Of a DNA stretch of 64,000 bases, positions 37,364-47,066 are shown in pieces (positions within the stretch are counted from its first letter, which is position 1; each line of letters opens with the position of its first letter). Position numbers and translations under genes: made by a program. Origin of the DNA: Candidatus Saccharimonadota bacterium (GTDB lineage: Bacteria; Patescibacteriota; Saccharimonadia; Saccharimonadales; Saccharimonadaceae). Where the stretch lies: NCBI GenBank assembly GCA_017480095.1, contig JAFVBG010000002.1, forward strand, positions 3,728 to 67,727, read 5' to 3'. The notes below the pieces were generated by a model that was not told the origin of the DNA, searched no databases, and saw only the letters and a program-made list of their open reading frames with translations.

Positions 37364-38569
37364 ATGGCAAAAAACGATAATAACAGATTAATTCTTATTA
37401 CCAACCCAGGTAGTAGTTCTCGTAAATACGCTCTCTATAAAGGTAGTGAGGTAGTCTGTAATTTACATTTTGAATATGAAGGTAAGACGGTGGTCTGCAC
37501 TCTGAAAAAGGCTGATGGCTCGAAAAAGGTCCTGAAGCAAAGTTTCAAAGAGCTAACTTCGACCGTGGCAAATTTGGAACGCATTTTAACCGAAGAAGGT
37601 ATCCTCGGTGGCATGACTAAGATTGATGCTATCCTCGCGCGCATCGTGGCCCCTGGAACTTATTTCTCAGAAGATCACCTCGTAGATGAAGAGTGTTTGA
37701 AGCAGCTTGAAATCGCCAAGAAGCGTGCTCCGCTCCATGTCCCAGTGGTGGCTGGCGAGATTGAGCACTTAGTCAAGAGTTTCAAGGGTACACCAGTAAT
37801 CGCGATTTCCGACTCTGAGTTCCATAACACTCGCCCAGATTTAATGAAGTATTATGCCATCGACACAGAAGTAGCCGACAAGGCAGATATTAAGCGTTTT
37901 GGCTTCCACGGTCTCTCCGTTGGCTCAGTAGTGCGGTACATGAAAGAGCAGGATATTCTCCCAGAGAAGTTAATTGTCTGCCATCTTGGCTCTGGCTCTT
38001 CCGTTACAGCCGTGTTTGACGGCAAATCTCTCGACACCTCGATGGGCTACACTCCGCTACCTGGTTTGATGATGGCTACCCGTTGTGGTGATATTGACGT
38101 GGCGGCAGCACTTCGCCTCAAACATTATCTCGGTTATGAGAGTGATGATAGTCTTGAGAAGTATCTCAATAAACAATCTGGTCTGCTGGGTGTATCTGGT
38201 CAGACGGATGATATGCGTGAGATTTTGAAACTTCGTGACGAGGGCGACAAGCGTGGTACGCTTGCTCATGCGATGTTCGTCTATAAAGTCCAGGGGCAGA
38301 TTGGTCAGATGGCAGCCTCACTCGGTGGCGTAGATGCAATCGTCTTCACTGCTACCATTGGCGAGCGTAGTGATGAGATTCGTCGCACAGTTACGCAGAA
38401 GCTTAACTACCTCGGATTCGCATTGGACGATGCAAAAAACATCGCCGATATGCCAGAACGGCACACCAATATCGCTGCGGACGGTTCAAAGCCGGTTTAC
38501 GTCATCCGTACAGATGAGACTGATGAGATGATTCGCCAAGCCTCTGCTATCCTAGACGAGCTAAAATAG
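37364..38569 (+). CDS. ackA: Acetate kinase
   Basis: NPGSSSRKY, RFGFHGLS, CHLGSGSS, GYTPLPGLMMATRCGD, FTATIGE; AAGGAG RBS. Confidence 0.93.
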   Translation: MAKNDNNRLILITNPGSSSRKYALYKGSEVVCNLHFEYEGKTVVCTLKKADGSKKVLKQSFKELTSTVANLERILTEEGILGGMTKIDAILARIVAPGTYFSEDHLVDEECLKQLEIAKKRAPLHVPVVAGEIEHLVKSFKGTPVIAISDSEFHNTRPDLMKYYAIDTEVADKADIKRFGFHGLSVGSVVRYMKEQDILPEKLIVCHLGSGSSVTAVFDGKSLDTSMGYTPLPGLMMATRCGDIDVAAALRLKHYLGYESDDSLEKYLNKQSGLLGVSGQTDDMREILKLRDEGDKRGTLAHAMFVYKVQGQIGQMAASLGGVDAIVFTATIGERSDEIRRTVTQKLNYLGFALDDAKNIADMPERHTNIAADGSKPVYVIRTDETDEMIRQASAILDELK

Positions 38570-38603
38570 CACTCTTGACTATCGAGTGCTAAAAGCGTAT
38601 AAT
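38566..38603 (+). promoter_or_regulatory. CIRCE element (HrcA operator) overlapping the dnaJ promoter
   Basis: ATAGCACTC-N9-GAGTGCTAA (38566-38592); TTGACT-17-TATAAT (38575-38603). Confidence 0.9.
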
Positions 38604-38610
38604 AGGTGAT

Positions 38611-39540
38611 ATGGCAAAACGCGACTATTATGAAGTGCTAGGCGTAGCAAAAAACGCCTCTGATGATGAAATCAAGAAAGCTTATCGCAAATTAGCGATT
38701 AAGTATCATCCCGATAAAAATCCAGGTGATAAAGAGGCTGAAGCGAAGTTTAAGGAAGTTTCTGAGGCCCACGAAGTGCTTTCTGACAAACAAAAACGGG
38801 CGCGTTATGATCAGTTTGGCTTTGCTGGGGTTGGCAACGGGCCAATGGGGGGTGGAGGTTCAGCCTATGGCAATCCGTTTGGCGGGCAGAATGGTTCGTT
38901 TAATTTCAATGGCCAAGAGTTCCATTTTGACTTCGGCGGCGGTAGCGGCGACCCTTTGGGCGATATTCTTGGTTCAATGTTCGGCTTTGGCGGTGGCAGA
39001 GCACGTCGCCCCGCGAGAGGTGCGGATTTGCAGACTTCAGTTCTCATAGATTTCAAAGAGGCGATTTTTGGCACCACTAAGAGCGTTGTATTCCAAAATC
39101 AGGAGATTAAACTCAAAATTCCAGCGGGAATTGATGATGGACAGATGATTCGCTTGTCTGGGCGAGGTCAGCCTGCACCAACCAAAGATGGTCAGCCGGG
39201 CGACCTTTATATTCAAGTGCGCGTACGTCCGCATCGTCGCCTCACGCGCGAGGGGGTAATTATCCTCTCCGAAGAACACGTTGATATGGTGGATGCGGCG
39301 CTAGGTACTGAGGTGGAAGTAGAAACAGTGGATGGCAAGATGATTATGAAAGTCCCAGCTGGTACTCAGTCTGGCACTCCATTCAAGCTCTCTGGACACG
39401 GTGTACCATTCCGTGCTGATGGCGACCGTGGTCCACACATTGTCACAATTATCGTTGATACTCCGAAGAAGCTCAGCAAAAAGCAACGTGAACTCTTAGA
39501 GGAATTTCAGAAAACTAAGAAAAAAGGTCTATTTCGCTAG
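38611..39540 (+). CDS. dnaJ: DnaJ-family chaperone without zinc fingers (class B)
   Basis: J domain with HPD, G/F-rich region, C-terminal domains; no CxxCxGxG. Confidence 0.92.
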   Translation: MAKRDYYEVLGVAKNASDDEIKKAYRKLAIKYHPDKNPGDKEAEAKFKEVSEAHEVLSDKQKRARYDQFGFAGVGNGPMGGGGSAYGNPFGGQNGSFNFNGQEFHFDFGGGSGDPLGDILGSMFGFGGGRARRPARGADLQTSVLIDFKEAIFGTTKSVVFQNQEIKLKIPAGIDDGQMIRLSGRGQPAPTKDGQPGDLYIQVRVRPHRRLTREGVIILSEEHVDMVDAALGTEVEVETVDGKMIMKVPAGTQSGTPFKLSGHGVPFRADGDRGPHIVTIIVDTPKKLSKKQRELLEEFQKTKKKGLFR

Positions 39541-39547
39541 AATTGCT

Positions 39548-39578
39548 AACCGCCTCCGCTTGAGCAGGGGCGGTTTTT
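39548..39578 (+). terminator. Intrinsic terminator after dnaJ
   Basis: AACCGCCTC...GGGGCGGTT-TTT. Confidence 0.7.
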
Positions 39579-39595
39579 AGTGTATAATTATAGAC

Positions 39596-40126
39596 ATGAA
39601 AAGGTTTCAGCGAGGACTTTCAATCGGATTATTCGGTCTAGGCTTAGTTTTTGGTACTCACCTAACTACTAGGTTAGTGTCGGCCGATGATGTTGTTTTA
39701 TCCGATGAGCAGCGTGGCGCAATCTCGACAAACTGCGACAGCTTAAAATCCACCCTGAAAAACCTTCAGCGCGTAGATTCTCGCACGCGAAGCTTCTTGG
39801 GCGCAGCTTATGATAAGTTTCTTTCGAGCTATATTTCCCCGCTCAGCTTGCGGATGGTAGCGAACAACAGATTAAGCACTAGTCTGACTGGTATCCACTC
39901 TGGAATTTTGAACTCGCGCGAAGTGTTTGTAGCTCAGTTTACTAGCTATTCGCAGAGTTTTGAAGAGCTACTTCAGGTTGACTGCAAAACTCAGCCAGAG
40001 GAATTTTATCGCAAATTGGTCGCGACTCGTAAAAAGCGCACAATGCTAGAATCTACGGTGACGAGCCTACGTTCGGCATTGGGAAATCACTATACAGCAG
40101 TCGAGAAGTTTAGGAGTGAAATGTAA
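39596..40126 (+). CDS. Secreted helical hypothetical protein
   Basis: Signal peptide; two Cys; coupled to the next gene. Confidence 0.7.
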   Translation: MKRFQRGLSIGLFGLGLVFGTHLTTRLVSADDVVLSDEQRGAISTNCDSLKSTLKNLQRVDSRTRSFLGAAYDKFLSSYISPLSLRMVANNRLSTSLTGIHSGILNSREVFVAQFTSYSQSFEELLQVDCKTQPEEFYRKLVATRKKRTMLESTVTSLRSALGNHYTAVEKFRSEM

Positions 40127-40461
40127 TGAACCGTAATCTATTAATCTTAGGAGTAGCATCCATGGGGATTGCCGTAGCCACGACCTCTATTTCCCTGGTT
40201 GCTTACCATGATTCTGGCGATATTTATCTAGACCGGTCTCGCCCTGGATTTTTGCCAGACGAAGATGAAATAGATCAACAACAGGGGCAGAAAAAGGACT
40301 ATTCTTTTGACTCAAGCGGAGACTTGAACCCTGATATTCTACAGACTTATCTGAATAATTATCAAGAGCAGCTAGATAGCCTAGATAAGCTCGAAAAACC
40401 ATTTTCTACCGCTCCACTCAGCGACGAGTCGCTGGGGATTACGCTAAAAAGTTCTGAATAG
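40126..40461 (+). CDS. Small membrane-anchored hypothetical protein
   Basis: N-terminal TM, then YLDRSRPGFLP; TAATG overlap. Confidence 0.7.
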   Translation: MNRNLLILGVASMGIAVATTSISLVAYHDSGDIYLDRSRPGFLPDEDEIDQQQGQKKDYSFDSSGDLNPDILQTYLNNYQEQLDSLDKLEKPFSTAPLSDESLGITLKSSE

Positions 40462-40520
40462 CCTTTACTTTTTACTCTGTTAGCGGTAGAATAGAGTAAA
40501 ACAAGTGGAGGTTATTTTTT

Positions 40521-40718
40521 ATGAGCAGACTAGATGAGGTTTTGCAGGCTATTTTACAGAGCGAAGGCGGTATGTCTAGAATTGAAGGTAGTTTACTATC
40601 TGATAACTTAGTCATCCGAAATAAAGATGGCTGGGTGACGCATCGCATCGAAAAGGGAGTCTTTGGCGATTTAATCGTCCGTAACGTTTCAACAGGGATG
40701 GCAATCCGAGCGGCCTAG
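40521..40718 (+). CDS. Small hypothetical protein
   Basis: GGAGG RBS and GGTAGAAT upstream. Confidence 0.55.
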   Translation: MSRLDEVLQAILQSEGGMSRIEGSLLSDNLVIRNKDGWVTHRIEKGVFGDLIVRNVSTGMAIRAA

Positions 40719-40719
40719 G

Positions 40720-41949
40720 CTAATCTGTCGTCTCGGTGATGACGTGGACGTTTCGGTTAACGAAGTCTAAATCTTGATTAAATTGTGCGACGTCAGAATG
40801 ATGCAGAATCACAACCGCCGCCATTTTGTAACCATCGGATGATTTGCCGATATAAGCGCCCGGCGCAGGCTTCACCGAAAGATATTCTAACGACTGCAAC
40901 TGTTCCAGCTCTTTTTGGTGGGCAATACCGGCAAAATTACCAGGAACTTTCGGGAAAAGCTCTAATACTGCGATTGGTTCGTGTTTCTGGGCGACAATCT
41001 CTGGCTGCTGACCGAGCCAAACTTTCAGAGCATTCTCGGTAGTGTTGATACCACAAGCAAGACGATACATCCGTTCGCGGTAACCTCCGTTACGAGCACC
41101 AATCTCAACAATGCGTGGACCTTTGGCAGTCATAATGATTTCAATATGTGCTGGAGAGTTCTTCATCCCAAGCGCGCGACACCCTAGCTCCGCACAGTGC
41201 AAAAACTTTGCCTGCTCTTCATCAGATAGTTTTGATGGCATAATCCGACTATAGTGGAAGTTGTCATCATAACCGACGTCATAGCCCGTCTGGTAGTCAA
41301 CGATTTCTTTCATGACGTGCGGAGTACCGTCATTGTCGACAAAAGCGTCAACTGAGTGCACAGTGCCTTCTAGAAACTCTTCAATCACAATCTTCGGCTG
41401 TCGATCTGGCGCATACTGTGCATAAACAGCGTTGATATGCTCGACTGTACGCTGGTAGTTTTCAATTAACTCTGGCAAATTGCTGGATTTTGTCACCAGT
41501 AAGCTTTTAGCTAGGTTAGCAGGTTTCAAAATGAGTGGAAAATCATGTTTTGCCGCAAAATCTTTAACAACCTCTAAGCTGGTAGCCTCGGCAAAATCTG
41601 GCGAGATAGGCTCTGGGGCTTTAGCAAAGAGCGAGCGCATGAGATATTTATCGGTGCAAGCTTCTGCCGAAGCGACTGGCATGCCGGGCAAGCCGTAATA
41701 CTCACAAATAATCGCGGCCGGCAAGACATAGTTCTCATAGATGGTGGCACAAGCGTCTGGTTGCCAAGGTAAGCTTTCGAGTGCAGCCAAGATAGTCTCT
41801 CGACTTGAAAAATCCGCATAGACATATTTGTCCTTTTCCTTGCCAACCTTGGTCAGTTTTTTATCTCGTAAGATACAGTAATTGGCACCAATAGATTTAA
41901 TATGGTCAATCAGGCCAGTGAATTCTCGTCCAACAATCAAAATATTCAT
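40720..41949 (-). CDS. ATP-grasp domain protein (L-amino-acid-ligase-like)
   Basis: CTDKYLMRSLF, PLILKP, VIEEFLEG, AHIEI...PRIVEIGARNGG. Confidence 0.88.
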   Translation of the reverse strand: MNILIVGREFTGLIDHIKSIGANYCILRDKKLTKVGKEKDKYVYADFSSRETILAALESLPWQPDACATIYENYVLPAAIICEYYGLPGMPVASAEACTDKYLMRSLFAKAPEPISPDFAEATSLEVVKDFAAKHDFPLILKPANLAKSLLVTKSSNLPELIENYQRTVEHINAVYAQYAPDRQPKIVIEEFLEGTVHSVDAFVDNDGTPHVMKEIVDYQTGYDVGYDDNFHYSRIMPSKLSDEEQAKFLHCAELGCRALGMKNSPAHIEIIMTAKGPRIVEIGARNGGYRERMYRLACGINTTENALKVWLGQQPEIVAQKHEPIAVLELFPKVPGNFAGIAHQKELEQLQSLEYLSVKPAPGAYIGKSSDGYKMAAVVILHHSDVAQFNQDLDFVNRNVHVITETTD

Positions 41950-42003
41950 AGGTTTATTATATCATATCTTGACAATTTTGGAATATCGTAGTATAATAAG
42001 GTT

Positions 42004-42507
42004 ATGGTAACTTCAAATTTACCCATTATTGGGAGTATTGAGTATGTCAAAATAAAAGATGAAGACATCCAAATCCCAGCCAAGACCGACACCGGAGCCG
42101 ACGCTTCGGCAATTTGGGCGTCGGACTTTAAGATTGAAGAGGACGGTAGATTATCTTTCGTGTTCTTCGACAAAGAATCTGAGCTTTATAGTGGTAAGCG
42201 CCACTTCGCCAGCAATTATAAAGTCTCACACGTACGTTCCAGCAATGGCCAGTCTCAAATTCGCTACTGCGTTCCACTCGAAATGACGGTTTGCGGTCAA
42301 ACTTTCATAGCAGACTTCAACCTGAGCGATCGCAGTAAGGGGCGTTTCCCTATTTTGATTGGTCGCTACGCCTTGAAAAACCGATTCTTAGTCGATGTGG
42401 CGCGAGAGGCGTTTGAACGTCCAAAAAACAAAGCTAAATCTCTAGCATTAACCGAGGAATTAAAACAAGATCCACAAGCATTTCATGAAAAGTATATGAC
42501 AAACTAG
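42004..42507 (+). CDS. RimK-associated retropepsin-like (ATP-dependent Zn protease family) protein
   Basis: IPAKTDTGADAS, FNLSDRS...FPILIGR. Confidence 0.88.
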   Translation: MVTSNLPIIGSIEYVKIKDEDIQIPAKTDTGADASAIWASDFKIEEDGRLSFVFFDKESELYSGKRHFASNYKVSHVRSSNGQSQIRYCVPLEMTVCGQTFIADFNLSDRSKGRFPILIGRYALKNRFLVDVAREAFERPKNKAKSLALTEELKQDPQAFHEKYMTN

Positions 42508-42534
42508 TATATTTATTGATTCAGGAAAACCATT

Positions 42535-43443
42535 ATGAAAATTGCGATTTTATCTAATAATCCAAATCTAGTTAGCACTTCTCGCTTGGTCGAGGAGGCT
42601 AGTAAGCGTGGTCACGAGGTAGAGGTAATCCGCTATCGCGATTGTTATCTTACTCTTGACGATAAACACCCCTATGTCTTCTACGAAGGTCGCAAACTCA
42701 CCGATTACGATGCGATTATCCCTCGGATTTCTAACACCATGACTAAGTACGGCTGTGCCGTGGTACGACAGTTTGAGATGCAGGGGATATGGACACTTTC
42801 CAGCTCAATTTCGATTGCCCGTTCGCGCGATAAGTTGCGCGCGGCACAAATTCTAGCCAAGGCCGGCATTGATATGCCAAAAACGCTAGTTTCACGCTCT
42901 CCAGCCGACATTGATATTTTGCTAGAGCAACTTGAACTACCAGTCGTGATTAAGCTAGCCACTGGTACCCACGGCAACGGCGTAGTATTGGCAGAGACGA
43001 AGAAAGCGGCCAAATCTGCGCTTCAGGCACTCTATATTTACAATGATGATGGCACCAACATCCTCTTGCAGGAATATATTAAGGAATCTGCAGGGACTGA
43101 CATCCGAGCCTTTGTGGTGGGTGGCAAGGTGGTGGCTTCAATGCAACGCCAATCTCTAGATGACGATTTTCGCTCTAACCTGCACAAAGGCGGATCTGGC
43201 ACAGCAATCAAGCTAACTGACGAAGAGAAGAAAGTGGCAATTCGCTCAGCGAAGGCGATGGGTATGCACGTTTGTGGCGTAGATTTAATGCGCTCAGAGC
43301 GTGGTCCACTTGTACTGGAAGTAAATGCTTCCCCAGGATTCGGCATCGAGAAAGTCACTAATCGCAATGTGGCAGAGAAGATTATCGAGTATGTCGAGCA
43401 TAACGCTGCCCGTAAAAATTCTAAAGACCGCGTTGGTGCATAA
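42535..43443 (+). CDS. rimK: RimK family alpha-L-glutamate ligase
   Basis: DAIIPRI, SRDKLRAAQ, GTHGNGVVL, DIRAFVVGG, FRSNLHKGG, LEVNASPG. Confidence 0.93.
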   Translation: MKIAILSNNPNLVSTSRLVEEASKRGHEVEVIRYRDCYLTLDDKHPYVFYEGRKLTDYDAIIPRISNTMTKYGCAVVRQFEMQGIWTLSSSISIARSRDKLRAAQILAKAGIDMPKTLVSRSPADIDILLEQLELPVVIKLATGTHGNGVVLAETKKAAKSALQALYIYNDDGTNILLQEYIKESAGTDIRAFVVGGKVVASMQRQSLDDDFRSNLHKGGSGTAIKLTDEEKKVAIRSAKAMGMHVCGVDLMRSERGPLVLEVNASPGFGIEKVTNRNVAEKIIEYVEHNAARKNSKDRVGA

Positions 43444-43444
43444 T

Positions 43445-43475
43445 AAAATCCCCCTCCTTAAAGAGGGGGATTTTT
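43445..43475. terminator. Bidirectional intrinsic terminator
   Basis: AAAATCCCCCTC...GAGGGGGATTTT. Confidence 0.8.
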
Positions 43476-43489
43476 GATGCCTTATTTGA

Positions 43490-45031
43490 TTATTCTGGGA
43501 GTTGGACGGGGGTAGAGCCGTCATTTGCTGGAGCTTCACTTTCAGTAGGTGATTCACTCGCTGGGGCTTCGCCGTCAGCTGGTGGTTCTGGAGCGTCGGC
43601 TGGAGCTTCGCCACCTTCGACAGGAGTAGCTGGGGTTTCACCCGAAGATGAATCGGCGTCAGTCGAAGTGTCAGATGAGGCGTCGGATGGGATGGAGTTC
43701 TCTACCTTGCCATCAGTATGTTCGCAGGTGTAGCCACCTTTCTTATAGGTAGCCTCAATCGAGTCGATGTCATCCACGAGACGGTTGCTTTCGACAGCGA
43801 TGGCAAAGATGCTAGCGTTTTCAGTCGTCAGTTCTTCATAAGTGGCGAGATGAGTGACCGTGGCGCGAGTGCCAGAAACTGGATAATTACTACTGAATGG
43901 ATCGGAGTTGATACCAAGCGCATTCAGGCGACGCATATAGTCTGAGCGGCTACGCTGGGCGGCACTAGTAGCGGCTTCGGAGGTGGTATATTCGTAAACC
44001 GCCGTAGTCGAGATGTCAACTAGAGCATTATTATAATAGTTAGCAATCAGTTTGATACTATAGTCCGTCAGACCTTCATATTGCGCGAGAGCTTCAGCGG
44101 TTGGCTTATAGGTACAGACTAGACCGACTTCATCCACGATGGCTGGAGTAGTGTTGCCATTTTCGGTGGTTTTAGAGGTGCTTTTATTGCTATTCAAGAT
44201 ATAAAGCACGCCAATCACCAGGGCGGCGACCAAGGCGAGGGCCAGGATAATTGCGAGGATTGGACCAAGCTTACCTTTTTTCTTGGCTGGTTCGACAATC
44301 GAGCCTGGCATAGTAGTCTCATCCATGACGGAGTTCAACGCGCTATCGAGAGTAGGGGCATTGTCAACTGGCGCAGCACCGTAAGCAGCGGCGGCCACTA
44401 GTGGGTCAGTGGAACTAAGGCTTGTATCTGGAGCGGGTTCAGCCGAGAAATCCATAGATGGCTCATCTGTAGTGACACCGCCAAGACCCGCTAAGCGGTC
44501 TGCAGTGGTTGGCTCAGCCAATGGCTCAGGGGTAAAATCTGGCGTAGATTCTGGAGTCGGCTCTGAGACTGATTCTTCAGCTGGGATATTAGTTGGTTCA
44601 GCGGCTAGCTCTGGAGTGGGAGCCGGCTCTTCGACTGGAGCAGTTGGAGCGGCGGATGCAGCTGGATTTTCCTGAACTGGTGCAGGTTCAGCCGGAGCTG
44701 GAGTAGGCACGAGAGCAGGATTTGGAGTAGGAGCCTGAACCGATGCAGGTTCAACTGGCGCGGGAGCTGGAGCTGCAGCAGTTGGCGCAGGTTCAGCGGC
44801 TGTAGCGACTTCTGTCGGCGCGGACATTTCAGGACCAGCGTGGATACTACTGGCGGTAATCGGCGCAGATTCAACCGGAGTTGGAGCTGGGGCAGGTGCG
44901 GTAGTCGCAGGCTTAGCAGTGGGAGTTGACTGAACTGGCGCAGGATTTGGAGCTGGCGGAGTAGTTGGGGCTGGGGATGGCGTTGGCGCCGGATTAGTAG
45001 GGTTTGCTGGGTTGTTTGGATCCGCGTTCAT
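43490..45031 (-). CDS. Pro/Ala/Glu-rich single-TM membrane protein
   Basis: About 250-aa Pro/Ala-rich cytoplasmic part, KKK + TM, Cys-flanked extracellular domain, acidic Pro-rich tail. Confidence 0.75.
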   Translation of the reverse strand: MNADPNNPANPTNPAPTPSPAPTTPPAPNPAPVQSTPTAKPATTAPAPAPTPVESAPITASSIHAGPEMSAPTEVATAAEPAPTAAAPAPAPVEPASVQAPTPNPALVPTPAPAEPAPVQENPAASAAPTAPVEEPAPTPELAAEPTNIPAEESVSEPTPESTPDFTPEPLAEPTTADRLAGLGGVTTDEPSMDFSAEPAPDTSLSSTDPLVAAAAYGAAPVDNAPTLDSALNSVMDETTMPGSIVEPAKKKGKLGPILAIILALALVAALVIGVLYILNSNKSTSKTTENGNTTPAIVDEVGLVCTYKPTAEALAQYEGLTDYSIKLIANYYNNALVDISTTAVYEYTTSEAATSAAQRSRSDYMRRLNALGINSDPFSSNYPVSGTRATVTHLATYEELTTENASIFAIAVESNRLVDDIDSIEATYKKGGYTCEHTDGKVENSIPSDASSDTSTDADSSSGETPATPVEGGEAPADAPEPPADGEAPASESPTESEAPANDGSTPVQLPE

Positions 45032-45122
45032 TAAAAATATGCTCCGTTTTTAGTTATAATCATATCTAATTATAACTGCTTATGCTTTAAAAATCAAGCA
45101 AAATATGATACAATGAGTAAGT

Positions 45123-46196
45123 ATGAGACTACCGCTAGACAAGCGACAGTTGCTTCTTGGCCTAGCCGGAGTATTGGCTATTGGCGGTGTTTTTGGTGCT
45201 TTAGCACGTTTCTCCACTCGCGCACGAGCCACCGACGAGACAAGCGAACAGATTTCAAGCGTAGAACAAGCCGAGCATTTTGTAACCTTTTATGTCGATG
45301 GGCGAAAATTAACCGTAAAAACTGCCGCCGTGACCGTGGGCGAAGCATTATCGCGAGCAAATATCACCTTGAATGAGGGGGATAAAACCGACCCTGGCGT
45401 CTCCGAACAGATTACGAGTGATTTTAATATCAATGTCTATCGCGCCCAGCCAGTCATGATTATAGATGGAGCTACACATAGCTTCATTATGACTGCGGCT
45501 GGAGATGCCAAGAGCGCCGCAGCGGATGCTGGCCTGATAGTTTATGACGGTGACGAAATTGTGCCAATAAGAAATGCTAATTTCCGGGAAATTGGTGACG
45601 CCACGGTTTACCAGATTACTAGAAACGGCGGTAGATTATTGACGCTTGAAACAGATATCCCGTATGAGACGAAGAACGTGCGCGATTCTGCCGTGGCAGA
45701 GGGCAAAGAGGTTATCAAAGAGGCGGGTGAAGTTGGGCGCATGAAGCAAGTTTATCAGGTGAACTTCGTAAATGGGGTCGAAGCCGAGCGAATTTTGGTA
45801 TCTGAGGAAGTCATTAAAGAGCCGGTGGCGCGCGTGGTAGCAACCGGGACTTTGCAATCTATCCGCCCAGAATGGTCGCAGTGTGCGGAGTGGGTGAAAC
45901 AAGCTGGCGTTTCAGATGCCAATCTCGAAGCGGCGCTGACTTTGATTTATCACGAATCTGGCTGTCGTGTTACTGCGACTAATGCCTCTAGTGGGGCTTA
46001 TGGTATCCCACAATCTCTACCTGGCAACAAAATGGCCTCGATGGGGGCGGATTGGGAAACCAATCCAGTCACCCAGATCAAATGGATGGCGCAATATGTC
46101 ACCAAACGCTATGGCGGTTGGCAAGAAGCACTAGATTTCTGGTGGTGCACAGGCGAGTGTCGCGGTGTGAAAAATAAAGGCGGACACTGGTACTAA
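45123..46196 (+). CDS. DUF348/G5 domain protein with a lytic-transglycosylase-like C-terminus (RpfB/YabE-like)
   Basis: Ubiquitin-like repeats, G5 (KEPVARVVATGT), LIYHESG...GAYGIPQSLP; sits upstream of rsmA as in the conserved synteny. Confidence 0.85.
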   Translation: MRLPLDKRQLLLGLAGVLAIGGVFGALARFSTRARATDETSEQISSVEQAEHFVTFYVDGRKLTVKTAAVTVGEALSRANITLNEGDKTDPGVSEQITSDFNINVYRAQPVMIIDGATHSFIMTAAGDAKSAAADAGLIVYDGDEIVPIRNANFREIGDATVYQITRNGGRLLTLETDIPYETKNVRDSAVAEGKEVIKEAGEVGRMKQVYQVNFVNGVEAERILVSEEVIKEPVARVVATGTLQSIRPEWSQCAEWVKQAGVSDANLEAALTLIYHESGCRVTATNASSGAYGIPQSLPGNKMASMGADWETNPVTQIKWMAQYVTKRYGGWQEALDFWWCTGECRGVKNKGGHWY

Positions 46197-46197
46197 A

Positions 46198-47028
46198 ATG
46201 GCTTTGCAGAATAATAAATCCCTCGGTCAACATTGGTTAAAAGACCGAGCCATACTCGATGAAATCGCCGAGCTCTCGGTGCCAGAAATGACTGAGCCAG
46301 ATAGTGAATTACCGCTTTGCCTGGAGATCGGGCCAGGACTAGGGACGCTGACTAGTTCACTTTTAAGGATTTATCCAAAAGTCATGGCGGTGGAGTTTGA
46401 CCAGAAACTCGCTGAGAATTTGCCAAAATCTTTCCCCGGCAAAAATCTAGACGTGATAAACGCTGATTTTATGGACTGCGATCTAGACGATTTACCGAAA
46501 GGATACGTCGTCGCCGCCAACATTCCCTACTACATCACTTCACCAATCATCATGAAGCTCCTGACCGAGAAAAATCTCCCAGCAAAGATTGTATTATTGA
46601 TTCAAAAAGAAGTAGCCGAGCGGATTGTAGCTGGAGCTGCACGAGTTCAGAATCTTACGTCGCAAAATAATTCCGAAGTTACGCAAGCTGCCTATCCTGG
46701 CAAACAGACCCAACTTTCGCTCTTTGTGCAAAACCGCGCCAAAGTAACACTTGGCCCAGTAGTAGAGAGGGAGTATTTTACTCCGCCGCCAAAAGTAGAC
46801 TCGCAAGTGCTAATTCTAGAACCGCACGCACCGATTGTTCCAGATGAAGTGATGGAGCTAATCCGCCGTGGCTTTTCCAGTCCGCGCAAGAAACTAATTA
46901 AAAATCTGGGTGGCTTGACCCAAAAGGATTTAGGCATTATATTTGCCGGGCTTGGGATTTCGCCCGATGCTAGGCCAGGAGATTTGAGGCTGGCAGATTG
47001 GCACAGGCTGTTTGAAAAATTAAAATAA
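46198..47028 (+). CDS. rsmA: 16S rRNA dimethyladenosine transferase
   Basis: KSLGQHWL, EIGPGLGTLT, ANIPYYITSP, FTPPPKVDS. Confidence 0.96.
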   Translation: MALQNNKSLGQHWLKDRAILDEIAELSVPEMTEPDSELPLCLEIGPGLGTLTSSLLRIYPKVMAVEFDQKLAENLPKSFPGKNLDVINADFMDCDLDDLPKGYVVAANIPYYITSPIIMKLLTEKNLPAKIVLLIQKEVAERIVAGAARVQNLTSQNNSEVTQAAYPGKQTQLSLFVQNRAKVTLGPVVEREYFTPPPKVDSQVLILEPHAPIVPDEVMELIRRGFSSPRKKLIKNLGGLTQKDLGIIFAGLGISPDARPGDLRLADWHRLFEKLK

Positions 47029-47053
47029 GCCTCATGGAAGAGGCTTATTTTTA
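47022..47053. terminator. Bidirectional intrinsic terminator
   Basis: AAAATAAGCCTC...GAGGCTTATTTT. Confidence 0.75.
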
Positions 47054-47066
47054 GGCCCTAAAGTTT

